Shown: positions 1 through 10,700, counted from the first letter of the stretch. The stretch is DNA of 64,000 bases from Candidatus Latescibacterota bacterium (GCA_963791045.1 CAWBQK010000007.1:96001-160000), one strand, 5' to 3'. Program-made: numbers and translations. The notes: generated by a model from the letters alone, not told the origin.

Positions 1-1
1 G

Positions 2-1258
2 TATCCATCGTCACCGCTTGCCGCCGAGATGTCGCTCGGACTCGCCAAAAAAGAATTTGCCCGTGGTGATTATGATCGCGCCTACGCGCTCCTCGCCGAT
101 TTGCTCTACGAATTTCCACAGCACGCCCACTCACGCGAGATACGTTATCTTCTCCAGGTTGCGGCGGACCGGCGTGACGATCCCGACCGAACCGTCGATT
201 TTGTCGAGCCCAACAAGCTTGGCGTGCTGCTCCCGTATACAGGCAATTTCTCGCGGTTCGGCAGGTATTTCGAGCAGGGTGTCAAGATGGCGATCGAGGA
301 GTTTGCGGATTCTACGGAAACGGCAGTGACATACGTAATCGGTGACTCGAAAGCCGACCCCGTGGCCGCTGCGGGGGCGGTACGGAGGCTGGTCCTTGAA
401 GAAGGAGTAGTCGGAGTGCTGGGGTCGGTGTTTACGATGCCGTCGATCGCGGCGGCGATCGAATGCAACGCCTGGAGAGTCCCGATGATTTCTCCGAGGG
501 TTACCGACCGTAATTTGTCTGATTTGGGGTCCTGGATTTTTCAAACCCAGGTACCCGTCGAAGTGGAAGTATCGGCGATGGCCCGTCTCGCGGTGAACGA
601 TCTCCTCCTTGAAAAGATCGCCATATTCGCGCCGTCGACACAGGAAGGCCGCTCGCTGGCCGATTCCTTTGCCGGTGAAGTCGAACGAAAAGGCGGGACA
701 ATAGCGGTCGTCCAGTATTTCGGACTCGGAGACACCGACTTCCGCGAACAACTCGAGATAATCAGGCAAACGGCGCCGGATGCAATGTTCATCCCGGGCG
801 CGCCGGATGAGCTGGTAAACATCCTCCCACAGGTAAGCTTTTACGATTTGCGAATACAACTGCTCGGGTTGAGCGAGTGGAATTCAGAGAAGCTCATGAG
901 GCTATCGGGTCGCGAACTCGAAGGTGCGATCTTCCCGCGTGAAGGTTATTTTGGGAAAGACCCGGATGCCTATCAGCGGTTCGTCGCCAAGTATCTTGAG
1001 ACATACGCGGGGGCCGATCGCGCCGTGTCGGAAACCGGAGAGGTTCACGCCGTCGCCGTGGCGGGGTACTTTGGCGCGCGCTTCATGCTCGATGCGATCG
1101 CCCAGGGCGCGGTCGACAGGGAGCAAATACGGGATTTCCTCGACACGGAGCTCAACCCAAGCGCCATCACTCGGCTCTCCCAGGTGCGGAGCCTCCCGCT
1201 GGTCAGGGTGACCTCGGGACGGGTTCATGATTTCACTGTTTTTGAAAACAAAGAATAG
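2..1258 (+). CDS. LppC/LpoA-like penicillin-binding protein activator or type-1 periplasmic binding protein with N-terminal TPR-like helices (5' partial)
   Basis: Frame is open from the window edge (YPSSPLAAEMSL...). KLGVLLPYTGNFSRFG, GDSKADP, GVLGSVF, DTDFREQL and QLLGLSEWN match the Peripla_BP_6/LppC pattern. Confidence 0.7.
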   Translation, partial: YPSSPLAAEMSLGLAKKEFARGDYDRAYALLADLLYEFPQHAHSREIRYLLQVAADRRDDPDRTVDFVEPNKLGVLLPYTGNFSRFGRYFEQGVKMAIEEFADSTETAVTYVIGDSKADPVAAAGAVRRLVLEEGVVGVLGSVFTMPSIAAAIECNAWRVPMISPRVTDRNLSDLGSWIFQTQVPVEVEVSAMARLAVNDLLLEKIAIFAPSTQEGRSLADSFAGEVERKGGTIAVVQYFGLGDTDFREQLEIIRQTAPDAMFIPGAPDELVNILPQVSFYDLRIQLLGLSEWNSEKLMRLSGRELEGAIFPREGYFGKDPDAYQRFVAKYLETYAGADRAVSETGEVHAVAVAGYFGARFMLDAIAQGAVDREQIRDFLDTELNPSAITRLSQVRSLPLVRVTSGRVHDFTVFENKE

Positions 1259-1267
1259 CCGCCGGGG

Positions 1268-1936
1268 TCAACTCATCAGACGGAAGCGGATCTGGAAACG
1301 GATCCACATCGGCACTGCTCGACCGTCGACGACAGGCGGTTTGAACCTGTAAGATCGTACAGCCCTGAGCGTGGCGTATTCAAAACTCTTCGGGCCGGTG
1401 GCCGCGAGGACAAAAACTTCTTCTACTCGTCCCCCCTCGTTGACAAGAATCTCGACGGTTACATCACCTTCGATCCCATTGTCCAGCTCATACGGCGGAT
1501 ACATCGGTTTGACCATGTGAAGGATCACGTAGTCCTCCGAATAGGGGACACTTGTGTGCGCCGGATAATGGCGCGCAACTTCCTTGTCGAGTTCCGGTGT
1601 TATTTTCTCTTCGGGCTTCTTCGTGGGTTCCTGTTGGCGCTTTGCTCCGGGAGCCTCTCCCTTATCTTCCCACTCTTCAATCTCGAGTGCGGTCATTGCC
1701 CGTTTTTTGCTGGTTTGCCTTATCTCTTCAAAGGGATCGTTATCCGGGACAATCGTAATTTCGGGGAGAACGTTGGTAGCGCCTTCCCAGCCGAAACGCT
1801 TTTCAATAACTTCGTAGGGCACCACATCGGAGAAGATAAAAACGGAGGCGACGATCAGAATAGCAACAGGGGCGACGAACAACACTCGTCGATGGTATTC
1901 GACCTCTTTGTCGTGAATAGTACGACCCATAAGCAA
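1268..1936 (-). CDS. TonB family energy transducer
   Basis: N-terminal TM, charged linker, C-terminal PMYPPY..GIEGDVTVEILVNEGGRV...FKPPVVDGRAVPMWI TonB_C motif; start TTG 1936 or ATG 1930. Confidence 0.85.
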   Translation of the reverse strand: MLMGRTIHDKEVEYHRRVLFVAPVAILIVASVFIFSDVVPYEVIEKRFGWEGATNVLPEITIVPDNDPFEEIRQTSKKRAMTALEIEEWEDKGEAPGAKRQQEPTKKPEEKITPELDKEVARHYPAHTSVPYSEDYVILHMVKPMYPPYELDNGIEGDVTVEILVNEGGRVEEVFVLAATGPKSFEYATLRAVRSYRFKPPVVDGRAVPMWIRFQIRFRLMS

Positions 1937-1951
1937 TTGTCCCCAACCTCA

Positions 1952-1980
1952 AATATAATATCAAGTTACCCGTGAAGCAA
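1952..1980 (-). promoter_or_regulatory. Putative sigma70 promoter for tonB-like gene
   Basis: Minus strand TTGCTT-N17-TATATT. Confidence 0.45.
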
Positions 1981-1997
1981 GCCATATGACTCTCGAA

Positions 1998-4364
1998 TCA
2001 ACGCTTGCGCGGAACCGTCACATCCAGACGCCCGTTTTCGCCGGGTTGAATCGATATTTCGTAGGGACCGACCAGCTGCCCGCCTCGCTGCAGGACGACG
2101 CGGTGGTCCCCCGGGGGCAAAAGGTCAAATTGAACGACCCCCTCGTTTGATAGGAGAAGGCGCCAGGTGTTATCGATCGTGACGAGCCAGTTTGCCGCTG
2201 CCGTGGCGGCGGATTGGGGTAGTTCCGCTTCAACGACAACACGGAGCGATGCGGTGTCATCGACACCAAAGTTCGCGAGGATTCCGCAGAAAATTCCGTA
2301 AGCCTGCAGGCGTTGATACCAGGGTTCCGAGAGCCGGAGCTCTTCGTCCAGGTCGGCGAGCGACGGCGGTTCGACTATTATCGCAGGGCAAGCGGTTTGT
2401 TGGAGCGGGTATGTCACAGTCTCGAGCGGGAAGGCGGGACTTAGAACAAGTGATTTCGATAGCGCGTCACCGACGTCCGTCGCCAGGGCGTGGCCTCTTT
2501 GACTTCCCGGAAAAAAGTAGGTTGTAACGGAACGTCCCGTATCGGACGGCTCGGAACGGTGGCGGATCTCCACGTAACGATTGGCTCGGAACTGATTGGT
2601 CAGGGTTACGATGTCGCGATCCGACAGTGTTTCTTCGGTGGCTCTCGCCAGGCGTGTTTCCGCTCCCGCCGCCTGGAGATACTCGGCGAGATATCGCGCG
2701 ACGTGAAGATTGACGTGAGGACCGGAGAGACCCAGGTTGCCAATACCGAATTCAGAACCGAATCCGCCTTCGGGGTTGATAAAGAAACGCGCGCCGATAA
2801 GTTTGCCGTCAAACCACGGGACCAGGGCCAGCGTGTCCGGTATTTCTCCCGTTAACTCGACGGGTATGTAACCGGGAGCTGCGATTCTCATGTCTCCAGT
2901 GCCCAGCGCCGATTCGGGGACGAGATACGTGTTTGTTTCGGATCCCTCGACGATCGGCACGTTGCCGGAGATGAACACCGCGCGACGGATGTTCGACTGG
3001 TCGTTTTTGTCGACAAGTGTAAACGCGCGAAACCCCGTCGATTCAGCCGAAGTACGGTCGATCGTATGTTCGAAGCCGCCGGCGATGAGTTTCAAGGCGG
3101 ATGTTCCCGCGGGGATGCCGACGGCGAATTCGATCATTCCGCGGTGAACGCTGGCTTTCGTTGCTTCGTTGCCGTCTTCGAATTCGAGCGCCGTCCACTC
3201 ACCATTCGGTTCTTCGCGGACCGAGGCGGACACATCAACGATGTTTCCATCGGCTATCGCGATGCCCCTGTTGTCGAGAATCCGGGCACGGATTTGAAGC
3301 GTTCCGCCCGCCTCCGGAATGGGGTCCGGTTCGCACAAAAAGATTGCATGGCGCGGCGCGTGATTGAGTTCGAAACGGTATCCGTGGATCTGACTCGAAT
3401 TGCCGAGCAGGTTTCGTGTTCGAAGCGTGACATCGTAGGATCCGTTTGGTGTGTCCCACGGCAGTCGGTATCCGACCGTCGTGCCGGCCGGGTCGAGGGA
3501 GGCATCCACCGGCGCTCCGTTTATCTTCATGTCGATGCCCGCGGGATCGACACCAACTCCACCGATGTCGGACACCGAAAACGCAAGATAGGGAACACTG
3601 ATCAGTATCGAATCTCCCGCTTCGGGGGCCAACTGTTCCAGTCGTGGTGTTCCCCTCGAGAAATATTCCAGAACACCAAGAAAATATGCTTCGGCCTCGA
3701 GACGTTGTTTTTCCGAGAGTCTCAGGTTTTTTTCGACACTCGTATTGGTCAGGTAGCTTCCCTCGCCGAGAATCGCTGGAATATCGACATTTCTAAGCAT
3801 GTAATAGTTGCCGGGTCTAACTTCGCCGTTATCGATCCCAAGATTTCTCATGAGGTGTCTGTGAACCGAAAAGGCGAGGTCGCGCGAAGCGGGGTCGCCG
3901 AGTTTGTAGTAGGTCTCGGTGGCATTCTTGTCCGGGTCGCGCTGCGCATGGGCGTTGTGGTGGATCGAAACCAGTATATCGGGCTGGAGCGAATCCACCA
4001 TCTCAACGCGGATCTGGAGATCCGCGGCGACGGTAGTGTCGGCATCGGTGAGAAAATCTTTTTCGGCCGAGCGTGTCAGATACACTTCGGCCCCGGCTTC
4101 GTGCAAAAGTCCCCAGAGGTAGAGCGACACTCCCAGGTTGACCATAGATTCCTCAAGCCCGTTCTGGCCTCGCGTCCCTGCGTAGTGCCCGCCGTGTCCC
4201 GGGTCCACGACGATACGCCGTCCGGCGAGGATTCCCGGATCCAGACGCGGAAGGTCTTCGGTCAGACCGCGGTAAACGTTGTCAATTTTGGGTTTTGGAG
4301 GTTTTGTACACCCGGCGGCCACGAGCGCCGCGCACACTAAAACGAGCCAGAATCGTACTCTCAT
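1998..4364 (-). CDS. Lipoprotein N-acetylmuramoyl-L-alanine amidase with two Amidase_3 domains (second degenerate)
   Basis: ATG 4364 preceded by GGAG; lipobox-like LVAAGC; IVVDPGHGG, E..VNL, SIHHN, LGEGSY in domain 1; second copy FINPEGG/EIRH/IVEP. Confidence 0.85.
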   Translation of the reverse strand: MRVRFWLVLVCAALVAAGCTKPPKPKIDNVYRGLTEDLPRLDPGILAGRRIVVDPGHGGHYAGTRGQNGLEESMVNLGVSLYLWGLLHEAGAEVYLTRSAEKDFLTDADTTVAADLQIRVEMVDSLQPDILVSIHHNAHAQRDPDKNATETYYKLGDPASRDLAFSVHRHLMRNLGIDNGEVRPGNYYMLRNVDIPAILGEGSYLTNTSVEKNLRLSEKQRLEAEAYFLGVLEYFSRGTPRLEQLAPEAGDSILISVPYLAFSVSDIGGVGVDPAGIDMKINGAPVDASLDPAGTTVGYRLPWDTPNGSYDVTLRTRNLLGNSSQIHGYRFELNHAPRHAIFLCEPDPIPEAGGTLQIRARILDNRGIAIADGNIVDVSASVREEPNGEWTALEFEDGNEATKASVHRGMIEFAVGIPAGTSALKLIAGGFEHTIDRTSAESTGFRAFTLVDKNDQSNIRRAVFISGNVPIVEGSETNTYLVPESALGTGDMRIAAPGYIPVELTGEIPDTLALVPWFDGKLIGARFFINPEGGFGSEFGIGNLGLSGPHVNLHVARYLAEYLQAAGAETRLARATEETLSDRDIVTLTNQFRANRYVEIRHRSEPSDTGRSVTTYFFPGSQRGHALATDVGDALSKSLVLSPAFPLETVTYPLQQTACPAIIVEPPSLADLDEELRLSEPWYQRLQAYGIFCGILANFGVDDTASLRVVVEAELPQSAATAAANWLVTIDNTWRLLLSNEGVVQFDLLPPGDHRVVLQRGGQLVGPYEISIQPGENGRLDVTVPRKR

Positions 4365-4518
4365 CTCGGCGACTCCAGGATAACAGGCCGGGAACGACGG
4401 GTTCAGGCCGAGTATCCCGAGCGGCGGGATTTTTGTAAAGCTCAATTGGGATCATAAGGAATCGCGACCGGGTGTCCGAAAAGCGGCATTCTCGGCGTAA
4501 GAAAGGTGTTTATATAGA

Positions 4519-4546
4519 TTGACCGTTTTCGCCCGGCTGTGATAGT
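4519..4546 (+). promoter_or_regulatory. Putative sigma70 promoter for selA operon
   Basis: TTGACC-N16-GATAGT with TG extended -10. Confidence 0.4.
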
Positions 4547-4581
4547 AGACACAGAAGGCCGCTTGCTGCGAGAGGAAGCCA

Positions 4582-6003
4582 ATGGGTCGTCCGGACGACA
4601 AAAACTCCCTGCGTTTGATACCCCCAGTCGACGAAATCCTCGGTCTGTCCGAGATTTCCGCGCTCCGGCTGGATTATCCGCGTTTTCCCTGGACCCGCGC
4701 CGTGCGCGGCGTGGTCGGCGAACTGCGTGCGGGAAAACTTGGGCCGATCGAAAAAGACCGGGAAGGAATTTCGGGGCAAATCGTTCGCCGGATTGCCGGG
4801 ATGGTTGGGGATTTCAAGAATGCGGGGATGCGGCGTGTAATAAACGGCACGGGAGTCATCCTGAATACGAACCTGGGGCGGGCGATCGCCTGCGCCGAAG
4901 TCTCCCGGGCGGTCACCGACGCGCTCGAGCATTATGTGAATCTCGAAATCGATCTCGAGTCGGGTAAGCGGAGCCACCGGGGCGAGATGCTCGTCGAACT
5001 TTTTCGGCTTTTGACCGGAGCCGAAGAGGCGATGGTCGTAAACAACAACGCCGCCGCTGTGTATCTGGTTGTCAATTCGGTGTCCCCGCCGGGGCGGGTC
5101 ATAGTATCGCGGGGAGAACTTGTTGAGATCGGCGGGAGCTTCCGGCTTCCCGATATTCTCGATAACGCGGCGGGAACCGTGATCGAAGTGGGGACGACCA
5201 ACCGGACCTACGCGGAGGATTATGCAAAGGTGGCCAAGCCCGGCGACATGATCCTCAAGGTTCATCCCAGCAATTATGACATAAAGGGTTTTACGCACGC
5301 GCCCGCGATCAGCGAACTCGTCCGCGTCGGCGAGGAAAAAAAGTGCCACGTCGTTTATGACGTTGGAAGCGGTTGTTTTTTTGATTTTGCGGCGCGCGGG
5401 TTGGAGGGTGAACAACTCGTCGAGGAAATTCTGCAGACGGGTGTGGACTGCGTGACGATGAGCGGAGACAAGCTACTCGGCGGGGTCCAGGCGGGGGTGA
5501 TCGTGGGTCGGCGGAAGTTCCTCGATATTGTGCGAGGCAACCCGATGAGACGCGCGCTCAGGATTGACAAGGTAACGATTGCCGCCCTGCAGGCGCTCGT
5601 GAGAACGTATCTTTTTGACAAACACCCCGAGAAGATCGTTCCGATACTCGCACAGTCGACCGGGGATATCGAGGCGTACAGAAAACGCGCCGGTCGCATT
5701 GCCGAGCGTCTGAGTCCGGCGCACGATGGTGATTTCAAAATCGAAATCGTCGATGATCTTGCAACGATCGGCGGCGGGAGCTTTGCCTGTCAGGACGTTC
5801 CGTCCGCCGCGGTTTGTATTCGATGCACATCGGAACAAGCCGCCGTGGCGCTGGCGAAAAAGATGCGAACAAAAGAAATTCCGATACTGTCGCGGATCAA
5901 GGGTGTGGAGGTACGGATCAATCTCAGGAGTGTCTTGCCGTACGAAGACGATGATCTTTGCGCCGGGCTTGACGTCGCTCTGAGCAACCCCAGCGATCGA
6001 TGA
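4582..6003 (+). CDS. selA: L-seryl-tRNA(Sec) selenium transferase
   Basis: INGTGVILNTNLGRA, VNNNAAAV, SRGELVEIGGSFRLPD, EVGTTNRT, LKVHPSNY, SGDKLLGG (PLP lysine), RALRIDK. Confidence 0.95.
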   Translation: MGRPDDKNSLRLIPPVDEILGLSEISALRLDYPRFPWTRAVRGVVGELRAGKLGPIEKDREGISGQIVRRIAGMVGDFKNAGMRRVINGTGVILNTNLGRAIACAEVSRAVTDALEHYVNLEIDLESGKRSHRGEMLVELFRLLTGAEEAMVVNNNAAAVYLVVNSVSPPGRVIVSRGELVEIGGSFRLPDILDNAAGTVIEVGTTNRTYAEDYAKVAKPGDMILKVHPSNYDIKGFTHAPAISELVRVGEEKKCHVVYDVGSGCFFDFAARGLEGEQLVEEILQTGVDCVTMSGDKLLGGVQAGVIVGRRKFLDIVRGNPMRRALRIDKVTIAALQALVRTYLFDKHPEKIVPILAQSTGDIEAYRKRAGRIAERLSPAHDGDFKIEIVDDLATIGGGSFACQDVPSAAVCIRCTSEQAAVALAKKMRTKEIPILSRIKGVEVRINLRSVLPYEDDDLCAGLDVALSNPSDR

Positions 6004-6006
6004 GAG

Positions 6007-7686
6007 GTGAACGGGCAGCCGCCGTTTCAGGGCTCCCGCTATTCGATGGATGATTTGAGGACTTTCGAATTTGGCGCCGATCTTGAGATGCTAAAAGGCG
6101 CGTACGAGAAGGGTAGACTCCCGGGCCATCTCGAGGATCCCTTCCGGGCGATGGTGACCGATATCGTGACCAAAGTCCGTGAGAAACCGTTGTCGATTTA
6201 TCTGTGCTCGCCCGAGGAAGACGCCGAGGTCCGAAACCTGATGGGTTTTTTTCTGACTCGGCTTGTCCACCAACACATTCCCACGGTGCTTCTTGTTGAT
6301 TGCGATTTTCTTTCGGTGGGCATGACGGGAATAATTCCGCAACGCGATGCGCTCGGTTTTCTCGACCTGCTTCTCTACGGGACGTCGCTCGGTGTTATTT
6401 CGCAGGAAGCTGAACACGGCGTGCGGATAATCGGCGCGGGATCTTTTCCCGTTACCAAAAAGAGTCCGTTTGCCATGGATGCGTTCGAGAGCGCGCGGCG
6501 CTACCTGGCCAGTCAAGCGAGGTGCGTGATCTATTGCGGGCCCGTTCTCGACGATGAGGAACACCTGCATCCGCTCGTTGAAGCCGTTGACCTCGCCGCT
6601 CTCGTGAGGTTGGGAGATCACTTCGACCCGCGTTTTCTCGATCCGTTCGAGGAAAAGATTTCGGCGGTCGGTGCTGGAGGGGCGTGGAGCGTGAGGCTCG
6701 ACAAGAGCATCCCGATCGACCGCGCGGTTCCGGAGTTCGAAGCCCCAAAACCGTCCGCGGCGCCGAAGGACAAGCAGCAACCCACGCTTGTTGCCGAAGT
6801 GGAAGAGCTTGTTGAACGGGCGGGCCTGCTCGATTCGTCGGAAAAGAAATCAGAACCGGTGGATGACAGACGGGCGTCGAAGAAGCCGCTCGAACCCGGC
6901 AGTATCCCTGTCGAATCGCCCGATGTCAAAACGCCCCGGGAAGAACAACCACCACCGGACAGACCGGAAGCCAAACCACCGTCGCCGCCGCCCTCGAAAC
7001 CCGCGCGGCCAGTTGAAAAACCGTCCCTCTCGCCGCGGCCGTCCGAACCTCTCCGGCGGGAACACAGAGCCGAATCTCCCGGCGTGAGACGCCGTTTCAA
7101 CGGATCCCTGATCTTTCGGCTGGCAATTTTGTCGGTAGCCGTAATGCTGGTTGTATTTGTTTTCTGGTGGCTCTTCCTGACGAAGCCGGTCCGCGAACGC
7201 GAACAGGCCCCCGCCGAACTTGTCAAGCAACCGGCGGCGTCCGGAGAGGCGATCCCGGGTTCCATGGGGGTGGATTCGACACAAACCGGCGGGTCAGAGG
7301 GGCAGGCAGTGGACGAGGTGCCGCCGGAAACGGCGCCGGCCAAAACAGTCGACGAAGAAGAGCCGGCCGACGCCGGCGACGGAGGCGGCGCGATCCCAAA
7401 ACCGGACCGCGTGGAGGTGGCGGAGACGCTCGACAATTATGCCAATCAGTATCTCATCCACGTCAGCTCGTTTCGCGAAGTGAAGAACGCGCAGGACGAG
7501 GCGTTTTATCTTCTCGGGTGGGGGTATCCGGTGTTCATTTACCGCGCCGATCTTGGAAGCAAGGGGATGTGGTACCGGGTGTACGTGGGACCGTCTATGA
7601 CGCGTGAGGAAGCCATGAAACACAAAATAAAGCTGGACGAAAATCGCAGAATCAAGTCTACTCGCATCGCGCGGGTGCCCGGGTAG
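6007..7686 (+). CDS. Membrane protein: degenerate BY-kinase/MinD-like domain, Pro-rich linker, TM helix, C-terminal SPOR domain
   Basis: TVLLVDCDF, GFLDLL; TM LAILSVAVMLVVFVFWWLF; SPOR YLIHVSSFRE..NA...WYRVYVGP; start GTG 6007 or ATG 6046. Confidence 0.75.
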   Translation: MNGQPPFQGSRYSMDDLRTFEFGADLEMLKGAYEKGRLPGHLEDPFRAMVTDIVTKVREKPLSIYLCSPEEDAEVRNLMGFFLTRLVHQHIPTVLLVDCDFLSVGMTGIIPQRDALGFLDLLLYGTSLGVISQEAEHGVRIIGAGSFPVTKKSPFAMDAFESARRYLASQARCVIYCGPVLDDEEHLHPLVEAVDLAALVRLGDHFDPRFLDPFEEKISAVGAGGAWSVRLDKSIPIDRAVPEFEAPKPSAAPKDKQQPTLVAEVEELVERAGLLDSSEKKSEPVDDRRASKKPLEPGSIPVESPDVKTPREEQPPPDRPEAKPPSPPPSKPARPVEKPSLSPRPSEPLRREHRAESPGVRRRFNGSLIFRLAILSVAVMLVVFVFWWLFLTKPVREREQAPAELVKQPAASGEAIPGSMGVDSTQTGGSEGQAVDEVPPETAPAKTVDEEEPADAGDGGGAIPKPDRVEVAETLDNYANQYLIHVSSFREVKNAQDEAFYLLGWGYPVFIYRADLGSKGMWYRVYVGPSMTREEAMKHKIKLDENRRIKSTRIARVPG

Positions 7687-7735
7687 GGGGTAACCCGTTT
7701 GGCCAAAACAGTGTACACATCTGGAGGATTCGATA

Positions 7736-10700
7736 TTGAATCTCACGAGGATTGAGATCGCCGGTTTCAAATCGTTTGAAAACCGCCTGGGGATGAACTT
7801 TACGGGCGGGATAACGGCCGTTTTGGGGCCGAACGGTTGTGGAAAAACCAATATCGTGGACGCAATCCGCTGGGTTCTTGGCGAGCAGAAGACGAGACTG
7901 CTCCGGAACACGAAGATGGAAAACGTCATCTTCAACGGCACGAAAAAGCGTAAGCAGTTGGGAATGGCCGAAGTCCATCTGACTCTGTCCAACGAGGACC
8001 GTGCCCTGCCACTCGACTATTCGGAAATTACGATTTCGAGAAAACTCTTTCGTGACGGCGGGAGCGAATACTCGATAAATGGCGAAATCGCCCGTCTCAA
8101 GGACATCCGATCGCTCCTCGTGGATACTGGTTTGGGAAATCACACCTACTCGATCATCGAGCGCGAAATGGTTGACTCGGTGATTAGCGAAAAGGACCAG
8201 GACAAACGTTTTCTTCTCGAAGAGGCCGCCGGCGTTATGCGGTACAGACTTCAGAGAGAAGAGGCGCTTCGCAAAATCTCGCACACCGAAAATGATTTGA
8301 CCCGGTTGAACGACATCCTCGCAGAACTCGACAAGGAAATCCGCTCGCTCCGCTATCAAATGGGCAAAGCGAAAAGATACTCACGCTTGAGAGAGAAGCT
8401 CGAGGTGATGGAGTCGGCGCTCGTCAAACGGTCTCTCTACGATTTGCTCGGCGAAGTCGACGAGATAAAGAAAGAGAAGACACGTCACGAGGGAATCACG
8501 CTCGCCGACGACAATGACATCACGGTGCGGGAAGACCGGCTGCAGAAACTCCGGATAGAGGCGGCGGAGCTTGAGCGCCGTTTGCAGGATTTCTACGAGA
8601 ACAGACATCAGCTGAGTCAATCGCTCCAACAGCACGAGGAACGCATTGCGATTCTCACGGAACGAATGACGAGCAACGAAAACCGGATCCGGGAGGATGA
8701 CGAGGAAATCCAGCGCTCGCGCAAAAAGCTTGAATCGCTTGGTGAAGAGCTTGTCGGATTGAGGGAGGTTGTGGAGGGGAAGGAGACCGTTCTCGAGAAT
8801 CGCCGCGGCGAGTTAATGAAAGCGGAAGGTTCTTTCAGGGAAGCCGCGGGCCGGTTGAATGTCGTCCGTGGTGAAATCCGTGACCGCAAACAACTCGAGC
8901 TCGACCTGCTTCGTGAGCAGGAACGTGTTCGGGGAATACGCGAACATCTCTCCGAACGGCTCAAAGAGGTTCGCGAGAAGAAAGAGAGAGACGGCGGAGA
9001 CCTGGAGAGACTCACCTCAAAGCGCTCTGACCTGGATGCGCGGCTCGAAGAGGGCCGGGCGGAGGCGGAAGCGAAGCGAATTCGCATCGGTTTTCTGAAC
9101 GACAGGCTCGAAGAGCTGGCGGAGAAAACGGAGAGGGTCGTGGAGAAGATCGCGGAGTGTGACGACGCCACATCTCATCAGACAATCGAACTCAACCGCT
9201 TCAAGGAAAAAACAGATCTTCTCAAACGCATAAAAAGCGAGCATACGCAGCGGGAAGATGAATTTGTTACGGAAACGGGGCGGGTGAAGGGAATTCTCGC
9301 GGATCGCGTCCGTGTCGACAAAAAATTTAGAAGGTGTTTCGAGGCGTGCCTGTCACCCGTGCTGCAGTCGCTTCTTACCGAGAGCAAGGCGGACGCGCTC
9401 CAATGCGTCGAAGAAATCCGTGGCAACGGTAACGGCAACGGGAAAGGGAAAGTCCAGATTCTCTATCCCAACGGGAACGGAGGCCGTTCCAACGGGCCGG
9501 ACGACGGATCGTCTCTTGGTCATGCGCTCGATTTCCTCGACGGCGATGATGGCGTGATGGATTACCTGGGTTCGTATCTCTCCGATGTTTACGTTGCCGA
9601 GAATGTCAGTAACGCGATGTCGATGCTTGAGAGGAATCCGAAGCGGCGTGTCGCCACGCTCGACGGTATCTTCTTTGACGGTCCCGGCCGGATCATGGTT
9701 GCCGGGTCGGACGATATTGAAATGACGGTCCTCGAATTCGATTCGAAGATTGAGGAACTTGTCAGTTCGATCGAATCGTGCGAAGCGCAGATCACGGGAT
9801 TGCAGCAAAAACGTGAAGAACTCGGTGGATCGAAAACCGGTTATGGTGAAGAAATCACCGCTCTGCGTTTGGAGCTTCGCGGCGTCGAAGCGGAAAACGA
9901 GAGGGTCGTGGATTCGCGCGGTGAACTTGAGAAGCAACTCGCCGTTGTCGACGAGAAGCTTGCCAACCTTGCCGCGGCCCAGGCCGAATACAAGAGAGTG
10001 ATAGACGATCTCTCCGGAAAACTCGCCGTCGCGCCGGAGTCGTCATCCGAGATGGATGACGACGAGGCCATCGGCAGGGAATTGACCGCCCTCGAGAGAC
10101 GCGCGCTCGATCTCGAACGGGAGAAAGAAGCTCTGGGAGAAAGTACGGCGATGATCAAGCTTGATATCGCCACGATAACCGGTGAAATCACCACGGCCGC
10201 CGAGAAACGCAAGAATGCCGAAATGCTCGACTCGGAGCTCAAGGAACTTATCGCCTACCGCGAAGAAGACGCAACGCGGTGCCGCGAAGAAATTGAGTCC
10301 GCAAGGACCGACATCGGCGAAGCCCGTGAAAAGATTGGCCGGCTCCATGCGGATGTGGATAAAGTCGAAAAGGACATCGATCTTGCCAAAGAGTCTCACT
10401 CAGAGGTAAGCGAGAACTGCGATACATTTGAAAAAGAACTCAAGGGACTGAAAGACGAACGCGACGACAAGCGCGAAAACATCCAGCGCTGCAATCTCGA
10501 TATCGCCACACGCGAAACGCGGATTCACGATCTCCTGGAGAAAGCCCGTGATAACTTCAACCAGGATCTGGCGCCGTTTGCGCGGGATCGAAGTCGGTTT
10601 GAGCCCGCCGAATGGGAAGAACTCGATTTTGACACACTCGAAGACTTGAGACGGCAGGTCGAGGCCTTTGGGCCGGTCAACATGCTCGCCGTCGACGAGT

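Noticed and set aside
7688-7718. Three short palindromes upstream of smc (GGGTAACCC, TTTGGCCAAA, GTGTACAC) as parS or operator
   Set aside because: Do not match the parS consensus and are too short to support
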